A DNA stretch of 64,000 nucleotides, taken from assembly GCA_964057225.1 (NCBI GenBank), contig OZ059897.1:1736001-1800000 (forward strand), written 5' to 3'. The stretch's first letter is position 1. Each line of letters starts with the position of its first letter. This DNA is from Auanema rhodensis (Eukaryota; Animalia; Nematoda). The notes under the pieces were generated by a model that made no database searches, was not told the origin of the DNA, and saw only the letters and a program-made list of their open reading frames with translations. The position numbers and the translations under genes are program-made. This document shows, piece after piece, positions 26,287 to 40,053 of the stretch.

Positions 26287-29200
26287 GATATCTCGGTGCA
26301 TTTTTAAGCTAGCGCAAATCTGATAACACAGATCGACGCAGCTTGAAATTCCGCATCGAATGCATTATACTACATTGAAAAACGCTCAATACAAAAATTA
26401 TTTATGATCGTTTGAAAAATGATGCATTAGTGTATGTTGAGTTTCCATGTACACTCAACATTGCTTCCAAAAACATTTTGACAAAAATTTTCCCGAAAAA
26501 TTTCAAGATAATTTAACAAAGAGTAGATGTTTTTAGATTCTTTTTTTTAAGGCGAAGACGATGGACAATGTTATTCAACGAAAAAATTAATTCCTCAGGG
26601 TGAAAATCGAGGATATAAGTGTGAACTTATATCAGTTGATATCTTGGTGCATTTTTAAGCTAGCGCAAATCTGATAACACAGATCGACGCAAATTAAAAA
26701 TCCGCATCGAATGCATTATACTACATTGAAAAACGCTCAATACAAAAATTATTTATGATTGTTTGAAAAATGATGCATTAGTGTATGTTGAGTTTCCATG
26801 TACACTCAACATTGCTTCCAAAAACATTTTGACAAAAATTTCCCGAAAAATTTCAAGATAATTTAACAAAGAGTAGATGTTTTTAGATTCTTTTTTTTAA
26901 GGCAAAAACGATGGACAATGTTATTCAACGAAAAAATTAATTCTTCAGGGTGAAAATCGAGGATATAAGTGTGAACTTATATCAGTTGATATCTCGGTGA
27001 ATTTTTAAGCTAGCGCAAATCTGACAACACAGATTGACGCAGCTTAAAAATCCGCATCGAATGCACTATACTGAATTGAGAAACGTTCAATACAAAAATT
27101 ATTTATGATTGTTCGAAAAATGATGCATTAGTGTATGTTGAGTTTCCATGTACACTCAACATTGCTTCCAAAAACATTTTGACAAAAATTTTCCCGAAAA
27201 ATTTCAAGATAATTTAACAAAGAGTAGATGTTTTTAGTTTTTTTTTTTTAAGGCGAAGACGATGGACAATGTTATTCAACGAAAAAATTAATTCTTCAGG
27301 GTGAAAATCGAGGATTTAAGTGTGAACTTATATCAGTTGATATCTCGGTGAATTTTTAAGCTAGCGCAAATCTGATAACACAGATCGACGCAGTTTAAAA
27401 ATCCGCATCGAATGCATTATACTACATTGAAAAACGCTCAATACAAAAATTATTTATGATTGTTTGAAAAATGGTGCATTAGTGTATGTTGAGTTTCCAT
27501 GTACACTCAACATTGCTTCCAAAAACATTTTGACAAAAATTTTCCCGAAAAATTTCAAGAAAATTTCACGAAAAGTAGATGTTTTTAGATTCCTTTTTTT
27601 AAGGCGAAGACGATGGACAATGTTATTCAACGAAAAAATTAATTCTTCAGAGGAAAATCGAGGATATAAGTGTGAACTTATATCAGTTGATATCTCGGTG
27701 AATTTTTAAGCTAGCGCAAATCTGATAACACAGATCGATGCAGCTTAAAAATCCGCATCGAATGCACTATATTACATTGAGAAACGTTCAATACAAAAAT
27801 TATTTATGATTGTTTGAAAAATGATGCATTAGTGTATGTTGAGTTTCCATGTACACTCAACATTGCTTCCAAAAACATTTTGAAAAAAATTTCCCCAAAA
27901 AATTTCAAGACAATTTTACGAAAAGTAGATGTTTTTAGATTTCTTTTTTTAAGGCGAAGACGATGGACAATGTTATTCAACGAAAAAATTAATTCTTCAG
28001 GGTGAAAATCGAGGATATAAGTGTGAACTTATATCAGTTGATATCTCGGTGAATTTTTAAGCTAGCGCAAATCTGACAACACAGATCGACGCAGCTTAAA
28101 AATCCGCATCGAATACACTATACTACATTGAGAAACGTTCAATACAAAAATTATTTATGATTGTTCGAAAAATGATGCATTAGTGTATGTTGAGTTTCCA
28201 TGTACACTCAACATTGCTTCCAAAAACATTTTGACAAAAATTTTCCCGAAAAATTTCAAGATAATTTAACAAAAAGTAGATGTTTTTAGATTCTTTTTTC
28301 TAAGGCGAAGACGATGGACAATGTTATTCAACGAAAAAATTAATTCTTCAGGGTGAAAATCGAGGATATAAGTGTGAACTTATATCAGTTGATATCTCGG
28401 TGAATTTTTAAGCTAGCGCAAATCTGACAACACAGATCGACGCAGCTTAAAAATCCGCATCGAATGCACTATACTAAATTGAGAAACGTTCAATACAAAA
28501 ATTATTTATGATTGTTCGAAAAATGATGCATTAGTGTATGTTGAGTTTCCATGTACACTCAACATTGCTTCCAAAAACATTTTGACAAAAATTTTCCCGA
28601 AAAATTTCAAGATAATTTAACAAAGAGTAGATGTTTTTAGTTTTTTTTTTTTAAGGCGAAGACGATGGACAATGTTATTCAACGAAAAAATTAATTCTTC
28701 AGGGTGAAAATCGAGGATTTAAGTGTGAACTTATATCAGTTGATATCTCGGTGAATTTTTAAGCTAGCGCAAATCTGATAACACAGATCGACGCAGTTTA
28801 AAAATCCGCATCGAATGCATTATACTACATTGAAAAACGCTCAATACAAAAATTATTTATGATTGTTTGAAAAATGGTGCATTAGTGTATGTTGAGTTTC
28901 CATGTACACTCAACATTGCTTCCAAAAACATTTTGACAAAAATTTTCCCAAAAAATTTCAAGAAAATTTCACGAAAAGTAGATGTTTTTAGATTCCTTTT
29001 TTTAAGGCGAAGACGATGGACAATGTTATTCAACGAAAAAATTAATTCTTCAGAGGAAAATCGAGGATATAAGTGTGAACTTATATCAGTTGATATCTCG
29101 GTGCATTTTTAAGCTAGCGCAAATCTGATAACACAGATCGACGCAGCTTAAAAATCCGCATCGAATGCATTATACTACATTGAGAAACGTTCAATACAAA

Positions 29201-32200
29201 AATTATTTATGATTGTTTGAAAAATGATGCATTAGTGTATGTTGAGTTTCCATGTACACTCAACATTGCTTCCAAAAACATTTTGACAAAAATTTTCCCG
29301 AAAAATTTCAAGATAATTTCACGAAAAGTAGATGTTTTTAGATTCCTTTTTTTAAGGCGAAGACGATGGACAATGTTATTCAACGAAAAAATTAATTCTT
29401 CAGGGTGAAAATCGAGGATTTAAGTGTGAACTTATATCAGTTGATATCTCGGTGAATTTTTAAGCTAGCGCAAATCTGATAACACAGATCGATGCAGCTT
29501 AAAAATCCGCATCGAATGCATTATATTACATTGAGAAACGTTCAATACAAAAATTATTTATGATTGTTTGAAAAATGATGCATTAGTGTATGTTGAGTTT
29601 CCATGTACACTCAACATTGCTTCCAAAAACATTTTGACAAAAATTTTCCCGAAAAATTTCAAGAAAATTTCACGAAAAGTAGATGTTTTTAGATTCCTTT
29701 TTTTAAGGCGAAGACGATGGACAATGTTATTCAACGAAAAAATTAATTCTTCAGAGGAAAATCGAGGATATAAGTGTGAACTTATATCAGTTGATATCTC
29801 GGTGCATTTTTAAGCTAGCGCAAATCTGATAACACAGATCGACGCAGCTTAAAAATCCGCATCGAATGCATTATACTACATTGAGAAACGTTCAATACAA
29901 AAATTATTTATGATTGTTTGAAAAATGATGCATTAGTGTATGTTGAGTTTCCATGTACACTCAACATTGCTTCCAAAAACATTTTGACAAAAATTTTCCC
30001 GAAAAATTTCAAGATAATTTCACGAAAAGTAGATGTTTTTAGATTCCTTTTTTTAAGGCGAAGACGATGGACAATGTTATTCAACGAAAAAATTAATTCT
30101 TCAGGGTGAAAATCGAGGATTTAAGTGTGAACTTATATCAGTTGATATCTCGGTGAATTTTTAAGCTAGCGCAAATCTGATAACACAGATCGATGCAGCT
30201 TAAAAATCCGCATCGAATGCACTATATTACATTGAGAAACGTTCAATACAAAAATTATTTATGATTGTTTGAAAAATGATGCATTAGTGTATGTTGAGTT
30301 TCCATGTACACTCAACATTGCTTCCAAAAACATTTTGACAAAAGTTTCCCGAAAAATTTCAAGATAATTTTGCGGAAAGTAGATGTTTTTAGATTTCTTT
30401 TCTTAAGGCGAAGACGATGGACAATGTTATTCAACGAAAAAATTAATTCTTCAGGGTGAAAATCGAGGATTTAAGTGTGAACTTATATCAGTTGATATCT
30501 CGGTGAATTTTTAAGCTAGCGCAAATCTGATAACACAGATCGACGCAGTTTAAAAATCCGCATCGAATGCATTATACTACATTGGAAAACGCTCAATACA
30601 AAAATTATTTATGATTGTTTGAAAAATGGTGCATTAGTGTATGTTGAGTTTCCATGTACACTCAACATTGCTTCCAAAAACATTTTGACAAAAATTTCCC
30701 GAAAAATTTCAAGATAATTTAACAAAGAGTAGATGTTTTTAGATTCTTTTTTTTAAGGCGAAAACGATGGACAATGTTATTCAACGAAAAAATTAATTCT
30801 TCAGGGTGAAAATCGAGGATATATGTGTGAACTTATATCAGTTGATATCTCGGTGAATTTTTAAGCTAGCGCAAATCTGACAACACAGATCGACGCAGCT
30901 TAAAAATCCGCATCGAATGCACTATACTAAATTGAGAAACGTTCAATACAAAAATTATTTATGATTGTTCGAAAAATGATGCATTAGTGTATGTTGAGTT
31001 TCCATGTACACTCAACATTGCTTCCAAAAACATTTTGACAAAAATTTTCCCGAAAAATTTCAAGATAATTTAACAAAGAGTAGATGTTTTTAGTTTTTTT
31101 TTTTTAAGGCGAAGACGATGGACAATGTTATTCAACGAAAAAATTAATTCTTCAGGGTGAAAATCGAGGATTTAAGTCTGAACTTATATCAGTTGACATC
31201 TCGGTGAATTTTTAAGCTAGCGCAAATCTGATAACACAGATCGACGCAGTTTAAAAATCCGCATCGAATGCATTATACTACATTGAAAAACGCTCAATAC
31301 AAAAATTATTTATGATTGTTTGAAAAATGGTGCATTAGTGTATGTTGAGTTTCCATGTACACTCAACATTGCTTCCAAAAACATTTTGACAAAAATTTTC
31401 CCGAAAAATTTCAAGATAATTTTGCGGAAAGTAGATGTTTTTAGATTTCTTTTCTTAAGGCGAAGACGATGGACAATGTTATTCAACGAAAAAATTAATT
31501 CTTCAGGGTGAAAATCGAGGATTTAAGTGTGAACTTATATCAGTTGATATCTCGGTGCATTTTTAAGCTAGCGCAAATCTGATAACACAGATCGACGCAG
31601 CTTAAAAATCCGCATCGAATGCATTATACTACATTGAGAAACGTTCAATACAAAAATTATTTATGATTGTTTGAAAAATGATGCATTAGTGTATGTTGAG
31701 TTTCCATGTACACTCAACATTGCTTCCAAAAACATTTTGACAAAAATTTTCCCGAAAAATTTCAAGATAATTTCACGAAAAGTAGATGTTTTTAGATTCC
31801 TTTTTTTAAGGCGAAGACGATGGACAATGTTATTCAACGAAAAAATTAATTCTTCAGGGTGAAAATCGAGGATTTAAGTGTGAACTTATATCAGTTGATA
31901 TCTCGGTGAATTTTTAAGCTAGCGCAAATCTGATAACACAGATCGACGCAGCTTAAAAATCCGCATCGAATGCACTATACTACATTGAGAAACGTTCAAT
32001 ACAAAAATTATTTATGATTGTTCGAAAAATGATGCATTAGTGTATGTTGAGTTTCCATGTACACTCAACATTGCTTCCAAAAACATTTTGACAAAAGTTT
32101 CCCGAAAAATTTCAAGATAATTTTGCGGAAAGTAGATGTTTTTAGATTTCTTTTCTTAAGGCGAAGACGATGGACAATGTTATTCAACGAAAAAATTAAT

Positions 32201-35200
32201 TCTTCAGGGTGAAAATCGAGGATTTAAGTGTGAACTTATATCAGTTGATATCTTGGTGAATTTTTAAGCTAGCGCAAATCTGATAACACAGATCGACGCA
32301 GTTTAAAAATCCGCATCGAATGCATTATACTACATTGGAAAACGCTCAATACAAAAATTATTTATGATTGTTTGAAAAATGGTGCATTAGTGTATGTTGA
32401 GTTTCCATGTACACTCAACATTGCTTCCAAAAACATTTTGACAAAAATTTTCCCGAAAAATTTCAAAAAAATTTCACGAAAAGTAGATGTTTTTAGATTC
32501 CTTTTTTTAAGGCGAAGACGATGGACAATGTTATTCAACGAAAAAATTAATTCTTCAGAGGCAAATCGAGGATATAAGTGTGAACTTATATCAGTTGATA
32601 TCTCGGTGCATTTTTAAGCTAGCGCAAATCTGATAACACAGATCGACGCAGCTTAAAAATCAGCATCGAATGCATTATACTACATTCAGAAACGTTCAAT
32701 ACAGAAATTATTTATGATTGTTCGAAAAATGATGCATTAGTGTATGTTGAGTTTCCATGTACACTCAACATTGCTTCCAAAAACATTTTGACAAAAGTTT
32801 CCCGAAAAATTTCAAGATAATTTTGCGGAAAGTAGATGTTTTTAGATTTCTTTTCTTAAGGCGAAGACGATGGACAATGTTATTCAACGAAAAAATTAAT
32901 TCTTCAGGGTGAAAATCGAGGATTTAAGTGTGAACTTATATCAGTTGATATCTCGGTGAATTTTTAAGCTAGCGCAAATCTGATAACACAGATCGACGCA
33001 GTTTAAAAATCCGCATCGAATGCATTATACTACATTGAGAAACGCTCAAAACAAACATTATTTATGATTGTTCGAAAAATGATGCATTAGTGTATGTTGA
33101 GTTTCCATGTACACTCAACATTGCTTCCAAAAACATTTTGACAAAAATTTTCCCGAAAAATTTCAAGAAAATTTCACGAAAAGTAGATGTTTTTAGATTT
33201 CTTTTTTTAAGGCGAAGACGATGGACAATGTTATTCAACGAAAAAATTAATTCTTCAGAGGTAAATCGAGGATATAAGTGTGAACTTATATCAGTTGATA
33301 TCTCGGTGCATTTTTAAGCTAGCGCAAATCTGATAACACAGATCGACGCAGTTTAAAAATCCGCATCGAATGCATTATACTACATTGAGAAACGCTCAAT
33401 ACAAACATTATTTATGATTGTTCGAAAAATGATGCATTAGTGTATGTTGAGTTTCCATGTACACTCAACATTGCTTCCAAAAACATTTTGACAAAAGTTT
33501 CCCGAAAAATTTCAAGATAATTTTGCGGAAAGTAGATGTTTTTAGATTTCTTTTTTTTAAGGCGAAGACGATGGACAATGTTATTCAACGAAAAAATTAA
33601 TTCTTCAGAGGCAAATCGAGGATATAAGTGTGAACTTATATCAGTTGATATCTCGGTGCATTTTTAAGCTAGCGCAAATCTGATAACACAGATCGACGCA
33701 GCTTAAAAATCCGCATCGAATGCATTATACTACATTCAGAAACGTTCAATACAAAAATTATTTATGATTGTTTGAAAAATGATGCATTAGTGTATGTTGA
33801 GTTTCCATGTACACTCAACATTGCTTCCAAAAACATTTTGACAAAAATTTTCCCGAAAAATTTCAAGATAATTTCACAAAAAGTAGATGTTTTTAGATTC
33901 CTTTTTTTAAGGCAAAGACGATGGACAATGTTATTCAACGAAAAAATTAATTCTTCAGGGTGAAAATCGAGGATTTAAGTGTGAACTTATATCAGTTGAT
34001 ATCTCGGTGAATTTTTAAGCTAGCGCAAATCTGATAACACAGATCGACGCAGCTTAAAAATCCGCATCGAATGCACTATACTACATTGAGAAACGCTTAA
34101 TACAAACATTATTTATGATTGTTCGAAAAATGATGCATTAGTGTATGTTGAGTTTCCATGTACACTCAACATTGCTTCCAAAAACATTTTGACAAAAATT
34201 TTCCCGAAAAATTTCAAGATAATTTAACAAAGAGTAGATGTTTTTAGATTCTTTTTTTTAAGGCAAAGACGATGGACAATGTTATTCAACGAAAAAATTA
34301 ATTCTTCAGGGTGAAAATCGAGGATATAAGTGTGAACTTATATCAGTTGATATCTCGGTGAATTTTGAAGCTAGCGCAAATCTGATAACACAGATCGACG
34401 CAGCTTAAAAATCCGCATCGAATGCACTATACTACATTGAGAAACGTTCAATACAAAAATTATTTATGATTGTTCGAAAAACGATGCATTAGTGTATGTT
34501 GAGTTTCCATGTACACTCAACATTGCTTCCAAAAACATTTTGACAAAATTTTCCCGAAAAATTTCAAGATAATTTAACAAAAAGTAGATGTTTTTAGATT
34601 CCTTTTTTTAAGGCAAAGACGATGGACAATGTTATTCAACAAAAAAATTAATTCTTCAGGGTGAAAATCGAGGATATAAGTGTGAACTTATATCAGTTGA
34701 TATCTCGGTGAATTTTGAAGCTAGCGCAAATCTGATAACACAGATCGACGCAGCTTAAAAATCCGCATCAAATGCACTATACTACATTAAGAAACGTTCA
34801 ATACAAAAATTATTTATGATTGTTCGAAAAATGATGCATTAGTGTATGTTGAGTTTCCATGTACACTCAACATTGCTTCCAAAAACATTTTGACAAAAGT
34901 TTCCCGAAAAATTTCAAGATAATTTTACGGAAAGTAGATGTTTTTAGATTCCTTTTTTTAAGGCGAAGACGATGGACAATGTTATTCAACGAAAAAATTA
35001 ATTCTTCAGAGGAAAATCGAGGATATAAGTGTGAACTTATATCAGTTGATATCTCGGTGCATTTTTAAGCTAGCGCAAATCTGATAACACAGATCGACGC
35101 AGTTTAAAAATCCGCATCGAATGCATTATACTACATTGGAAAACGCTCAATACAAAAATTATTTATGATTGTTTGAAAAATGGTGCATTAGTGTATGTTG

Positions 35201-38200
35201 AGTTTCCATGTACACTCAACATTGCTTCCAAAAACATTTTGACAAAAATTTTCCCGAAAAATTTCAAGAAAATTTCACGAAAAGTAGATGTTTTTAGATT
35301 CCTTTTTTTAAGGCGAAGACGATGGACAATGTTATTCAACGAAAAAATTAATTCTTCAGAGGCAAATCGAGGATATAAGTGTGAACTTATATCAGTTGAT
35401 ATCTCGGTGCATTTTTAAGCTAGCGCAAATCTGATAACACAGATCGACGCAGCTTAAAAATCCGCATCGAATGCATTATACTACATTCAGAAACGTTCAA
35501 TACAAAAATTATTTATGATTGTTTGAAAAATGATGCATTAGTGTATGTTGAGTTTCCATGTACACTCAACATTGCTTCCAAAAACATTTTGACAAAAATT
35601 TTCCCGAAAAATTTCAAGATAATTTCACAAAAAGTAGATGTTTTTAGATTCCTTTTTTTAAGGCAAAGACGATGGACAATGTTATTCAACGAAAAAATTA
35701 ATTCTTCAGGGTGAAAATCGAGGATTTAAGTGTGAACTTATATCAGTTGATATCTCGGTGAATTTTTAAGCTAGCGCAAATCTGATAACACAGATCGACG
35801 CAACTTAAAAATCCGCATCGAATGCACTATACTACATTGAGAAACGCTCAATACAAACATTATTTATGATTGTTCGAAAAATGATGCATTAGTGTATGTT
35901 GAGTTTCCATGTACACTCAACATTGCTTCCAAAAACATTTTGACAAAAATTTTCCCGAAAAATTTCAAGATAATTTAACAAAGAGTAGATGTTTTTAGAT
36001 TCTTTTTTTTAAGGCAAAGACGATGGACAATGTTATTCAACGAAAAAATTAATTCTTCAGTTTGAAAATCGAGGATATAAGTGTGAACTTATATCAGTTG
36101 ATATCTCGGTGAATTTTGAAGCTAGCGCAAATCTGATAACACAGATCGACGCAGCTTAAAAATCCGCATCGAATGCACTATACTACATTGAGAAACGTTC
36201 AATACAAAAATTATTTATGATTGTTCGAAAAACGATGCATTAGTGTATGTTGAGTTTCCATGTACACTCAACATTGCTTCCAAAAACATTTTGACAAAAT
36301 TTTCCCGAAAAATTTCAAGATAATTTAACAAAAAGTAGATGTTTTTAGATTCCTTTTTTTAAGGCAAAGACGATGGACAATGTTATTCAACAAAAAAATT
36401 AATTCTTCAGGGTGAAAATCGAGGATATAAGTGTGAACTTATATCAGTTGATATCTCGGTGAATTTTGAAGCTAGCGCAAATCTGATAACACAGATCGAC
36501 GCAGCTTAAAAATCCGCATCGAATGCACTATACTACATTAAGAAACGTTCAATACAAAAATTATTTATGATTGTTCGAAAAATGATGCATTAGTGTATGT
36601 TGAGTTTCCATGTACACTCAACATTGCTTCCAAAAACATTTTGACAAAAATTTTCCCGAAAAATTTCAAGATAATTTAACAAAGAGTAGATGTTTTTAGA
36701 TTCTTTTTTTTAAGGCAAAGACGATGGACAATGTTATTCAACGAAAAAATTAATTCTTCAGTTTGAAAATCGAGGATATAAGTGTGAACTTATATCAGTT
36801 GATATCTCGGTGAATTTTGAAGCTAGCGCAAATCTGATAACACAGATCGACGCAGCTTAAAAATCCGCATCGAATGCACTATACTACATTGAGAAACGTT
36901 CAATACAAAAATTATTTATGATTGTTCGAAAAACGATGCATTAGTGTATGTTGAGTTTCCATGTACACTCAACATTGCTTCCAAAAACATTTTGACAAAA
37001 TTTTCCCGAAAAATTTCAAGATAATTTAACAAAAAGTAGATGTTTTTAGATTCCTTTTTTTAAGGCAAAGACGATGGACAATGTTATTCAACAAAAAAAT
37101 TAATTCTTCAGGGTGAAAATCGAGGATATAAGTGTGAACTTATATCAGTTGATATCTCGGTGAATTTTGAATCTAGCGCAAATCTGATAACACAGATCGA
37201 CGCAGCTTAAAAATCCGCATCGAATGCACTATACTACATTAAGAAACGTTCAATACAAAAATTATTTATGATTGTTCGAAAAATGATGCATTAGTGTATG
37301 TTGAGTTTCCATGTACACTCAACATTGCTTCCAAAAACATTTTGACAAAAGTTTCCCGAAAAATTTCAAGATAATTTTACGGAAAGTAGATGTTTTTAGA
37401 TTTCTTTTCTTAAGGCGAAGACGATGGACAATGTTATTCAACAAAAAAATTAATTCTTCAGGGTGAAAATCGAGGATATAAGTGTGAACTTATATCAGTT
37501 GATATCTCGGTGAATTTTTAAGCTAGCGCAAATCTGATAACACAGATCGACGCAGCTTAAAAATCCGCATCGAATGCACTATACTACATTGAGAAATGTT
37601 CAATACAAAAATTATTTATGATTGTTCGAAAAATGATGCATTAGTGTATGTTGAGTTTCCATGTACACTCAACATTGCTTCCAAAAACATTTTGACAAAA
37701 ATTTTCCCGAAAAATTTCAAGATAATTTAACGAAGAGTAGATGTTTTTAGATTCCTTTTTTTAAGGCAAAGACGATGGACAATGTTATTCAACGAAAAAA
37801 TTAATTCTTCAGGGTAAAAATCGAGGATATAAGTGTGAACTTATATCAGTTGATATCTCGGTGCATTTTTAAGCTGGGCAAATCTGATAACACAGATCGA
37901 CGCAGCTTAAAAATCCGTTTCGAATGCACTATACTACATTAAGAAACGCTCAATACAAACATTATTTATGATTGTTTGAAAAATGATGCATTAGTGTATG
38001 TTGAGTTTCCATATACACTCAACATTGCTTCCAAAAACATTTTGAAAAAAATTTCCCCAAAAAATTCCAAGATAATTTTACAAAAAGTAGATGTTTTTAG
38101 ATTCCTTTTTTCAAGGCAAAGACGATGGACAATGTTATTCAACGAAAAAATTAAATCTTCAGGGTGAAAATCGAGGATATAAGTGTGTACTTATATCAGT

Positions 38201-40053
38201 TGATATCTCGGTGCATTTTTAAGCTAGGCAAATCTGATAACACAGATCGACGCAGCTTAAAATTCCGTTTCGAATGCACTATACCACATTGAGAAACGCT
38301 CAATACAAAAATTATTTATGATTGTTTGAAAAATGATGCATTAGTGTATGTTGAGTTTCCATGTACACTCAACATTGCTTCCAAAAACATTTTGACAAAA
38401 ATTTTCCCGAAAAAATTCAAGATAATTTAACGAAGAGTAGATGTTTTTAGATTCCTTTTTTTTAAGGCGAAGACGATGGACAATGTAATTCAATGAAAAA
38501 ATTAATTCTTCAGGGTGAAAATCGAGGATATAAGTGTGTACTTATATCAGTTGATATCTCGGTGCATTTTTAAGCTAGGCAAATCTGATAACACAGATCG
38601 ACGCAGCTTAAAATTCCGTTTCGAATGCACTATACTACATTACGAAACGCTCAATACAAACATTATTTATGATTGTTCGAAAAATGATGCATTAGTGTTT
38701 GTTGAGTTTCCATGTACACTCAACATTGCTTCCAAAAACATTTTGACAAAAATTTTCCCGAAAAATTTCAAGATAATTTCACGGAAAGTAGATGTTTTTA
38801 GATTTCTTTTCTTAAGGCGAAGACGATGGACAATGTTATTCAACAAAAAAATTAATTCTTCAGGGTGAAAATCGAGGATATAAGTGTGAACTTATATCAG
38901 TTGATATCTCGGTGAATTTTTAAGCTAGCGCAAATCTGATAACACAGATCGACGCAGCTTAAAAATCCGCATCGAATGCACTATACTACATTGAGAAACG
39001 TTCAATACAAAAATTATTTATGATTGTTCGAAAAATGATGCATTAGTGTATGTTGAGTTTCCATGTACACTCAACATTGCTTCCAAAAACATTTTGACAA
39101 AAATTTTCCCGAAAAATTTCAAGATAATTTAACGAAGAGTAGATGTTTTTAGATTCCTTTTTTTAAGGCAAAGACGATGGACAATGTTATTCAACAAAAA
39201 AATTAATTCTTCAGGGTGAAAATCGAGGATATAAGTGTGAACTTATATCAGTTGATATCTCGGTGCATTTTTAAGCTAGCGCAAATCTGATAACACAGAT
39301 CCACGCAGCTTGAAATTCCGCATCGAATGCATTATACTACATTGAAAAACGCTCAATACAAAAATTATTTATGATTGTTTGAAAAATGATGCATTAGTGT
39401 ATGTTGAGTTTCCATGTACACTCAACATTGCTTCCAAAAACATTTTGACAAAAATTTCCCGAAAAATTTCAAGATAATTTAACAAAGAATAGATGTTTTT
39501 AGATTCTTTTTTTTAAGGCGAAAACGATGGACAATGTTATTCAACGAAAAAATTAATTCTTCAGGGTGAAAATCGAGGATATAAGTGTGAACTTATATCA
39601 GTTGATATCTCGGAGAATTTTTAAGCTAGCGCAAATCTGACAACACAGATCGACGCAGCTTAAAAATCCGCATCGAATGCATTATACTACATTGAAAAAC
39701 GCTCAATACAAAAATTATTTATGATTGTTTGAAAAATGGTGCATTAGTGTATGTTGAGTTTCCATGTACACTCAACATTGCTTCCAAAAACATTTTGACA
39801 AAAATTTTCCCGAAAAATTTCAAGAAAATTTCACGAAAAGTAGATGTTTTTAGATTCCTTTTTTTAAGGCGAAGACGATGGACAATGTTATTCAACGAAA
39901 AAATTAATTCTTCAGAGGAAAATCGAGGATATAAGTGTGAACTTATATCAGTTGATATCTCGGTGCATTTTTAAGCTAGCGCAAATCTGATAACACAGAT
40001 CGACGCAGCTTAAAAATCCGCATCGAATGCACTATACTACATTGAGAAACGCT
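26287..40053. repeat. Sub-domain A2: more heterogeneous A monomers with short local 2-, 4- and 5-mer duplications
   Basis: Variants I did not see upstream: AAAAATGGTGC, AAAAGTTTCCC (1-bp shorter), TTTTGCGGAAAG, GAATTTTGAAG, AAAAACGATGC, CAGTTTGAAAA, ACAAACATTA. Periods: 701 bp (28867/29568, 29217/29918, 36061/36762) and 1751 bp (33772/35523). Confidence 0.75.

Larger units (their letters stand above)
1..40053. repeat. Subfamily A domain (350/351-bp monomers)
   Basis: Diagnostic words: ATTATTTATGATTGTT, AAAAATGATGC, GAGTTTCC, TTTCAAGA, GCTAGCGC, (G)CTCAATAC or GTTCAATAC. Length polymorphisms include CAGGGTGAAAATC vs CAGAGGAAAATC and a variable poly-T tract. Confidence 0.93.

Noticed and set aside
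38515-38868. 117-aa ORF
   Set aside because: It spans one full divergent monomer in which a 1-bp deletion and point changes happen to remove stops. It is single-copy with no sign of coding constraint.
477-39974. Repeated 61-81 aa ORFs (MKNDALVYVEFPCTLNIASK...FLRRRRW...)
   Set aside because: They are the same frame of each satellite monomer and mostly start at TTG/GTG. They are opened or closed by polymorphic stops (ATT TAA in many A copies; TTC TAA/TGA in B) and 1-bp indels. The K/F/N/I bias reflects A/T tracts, and I recognise no domain.
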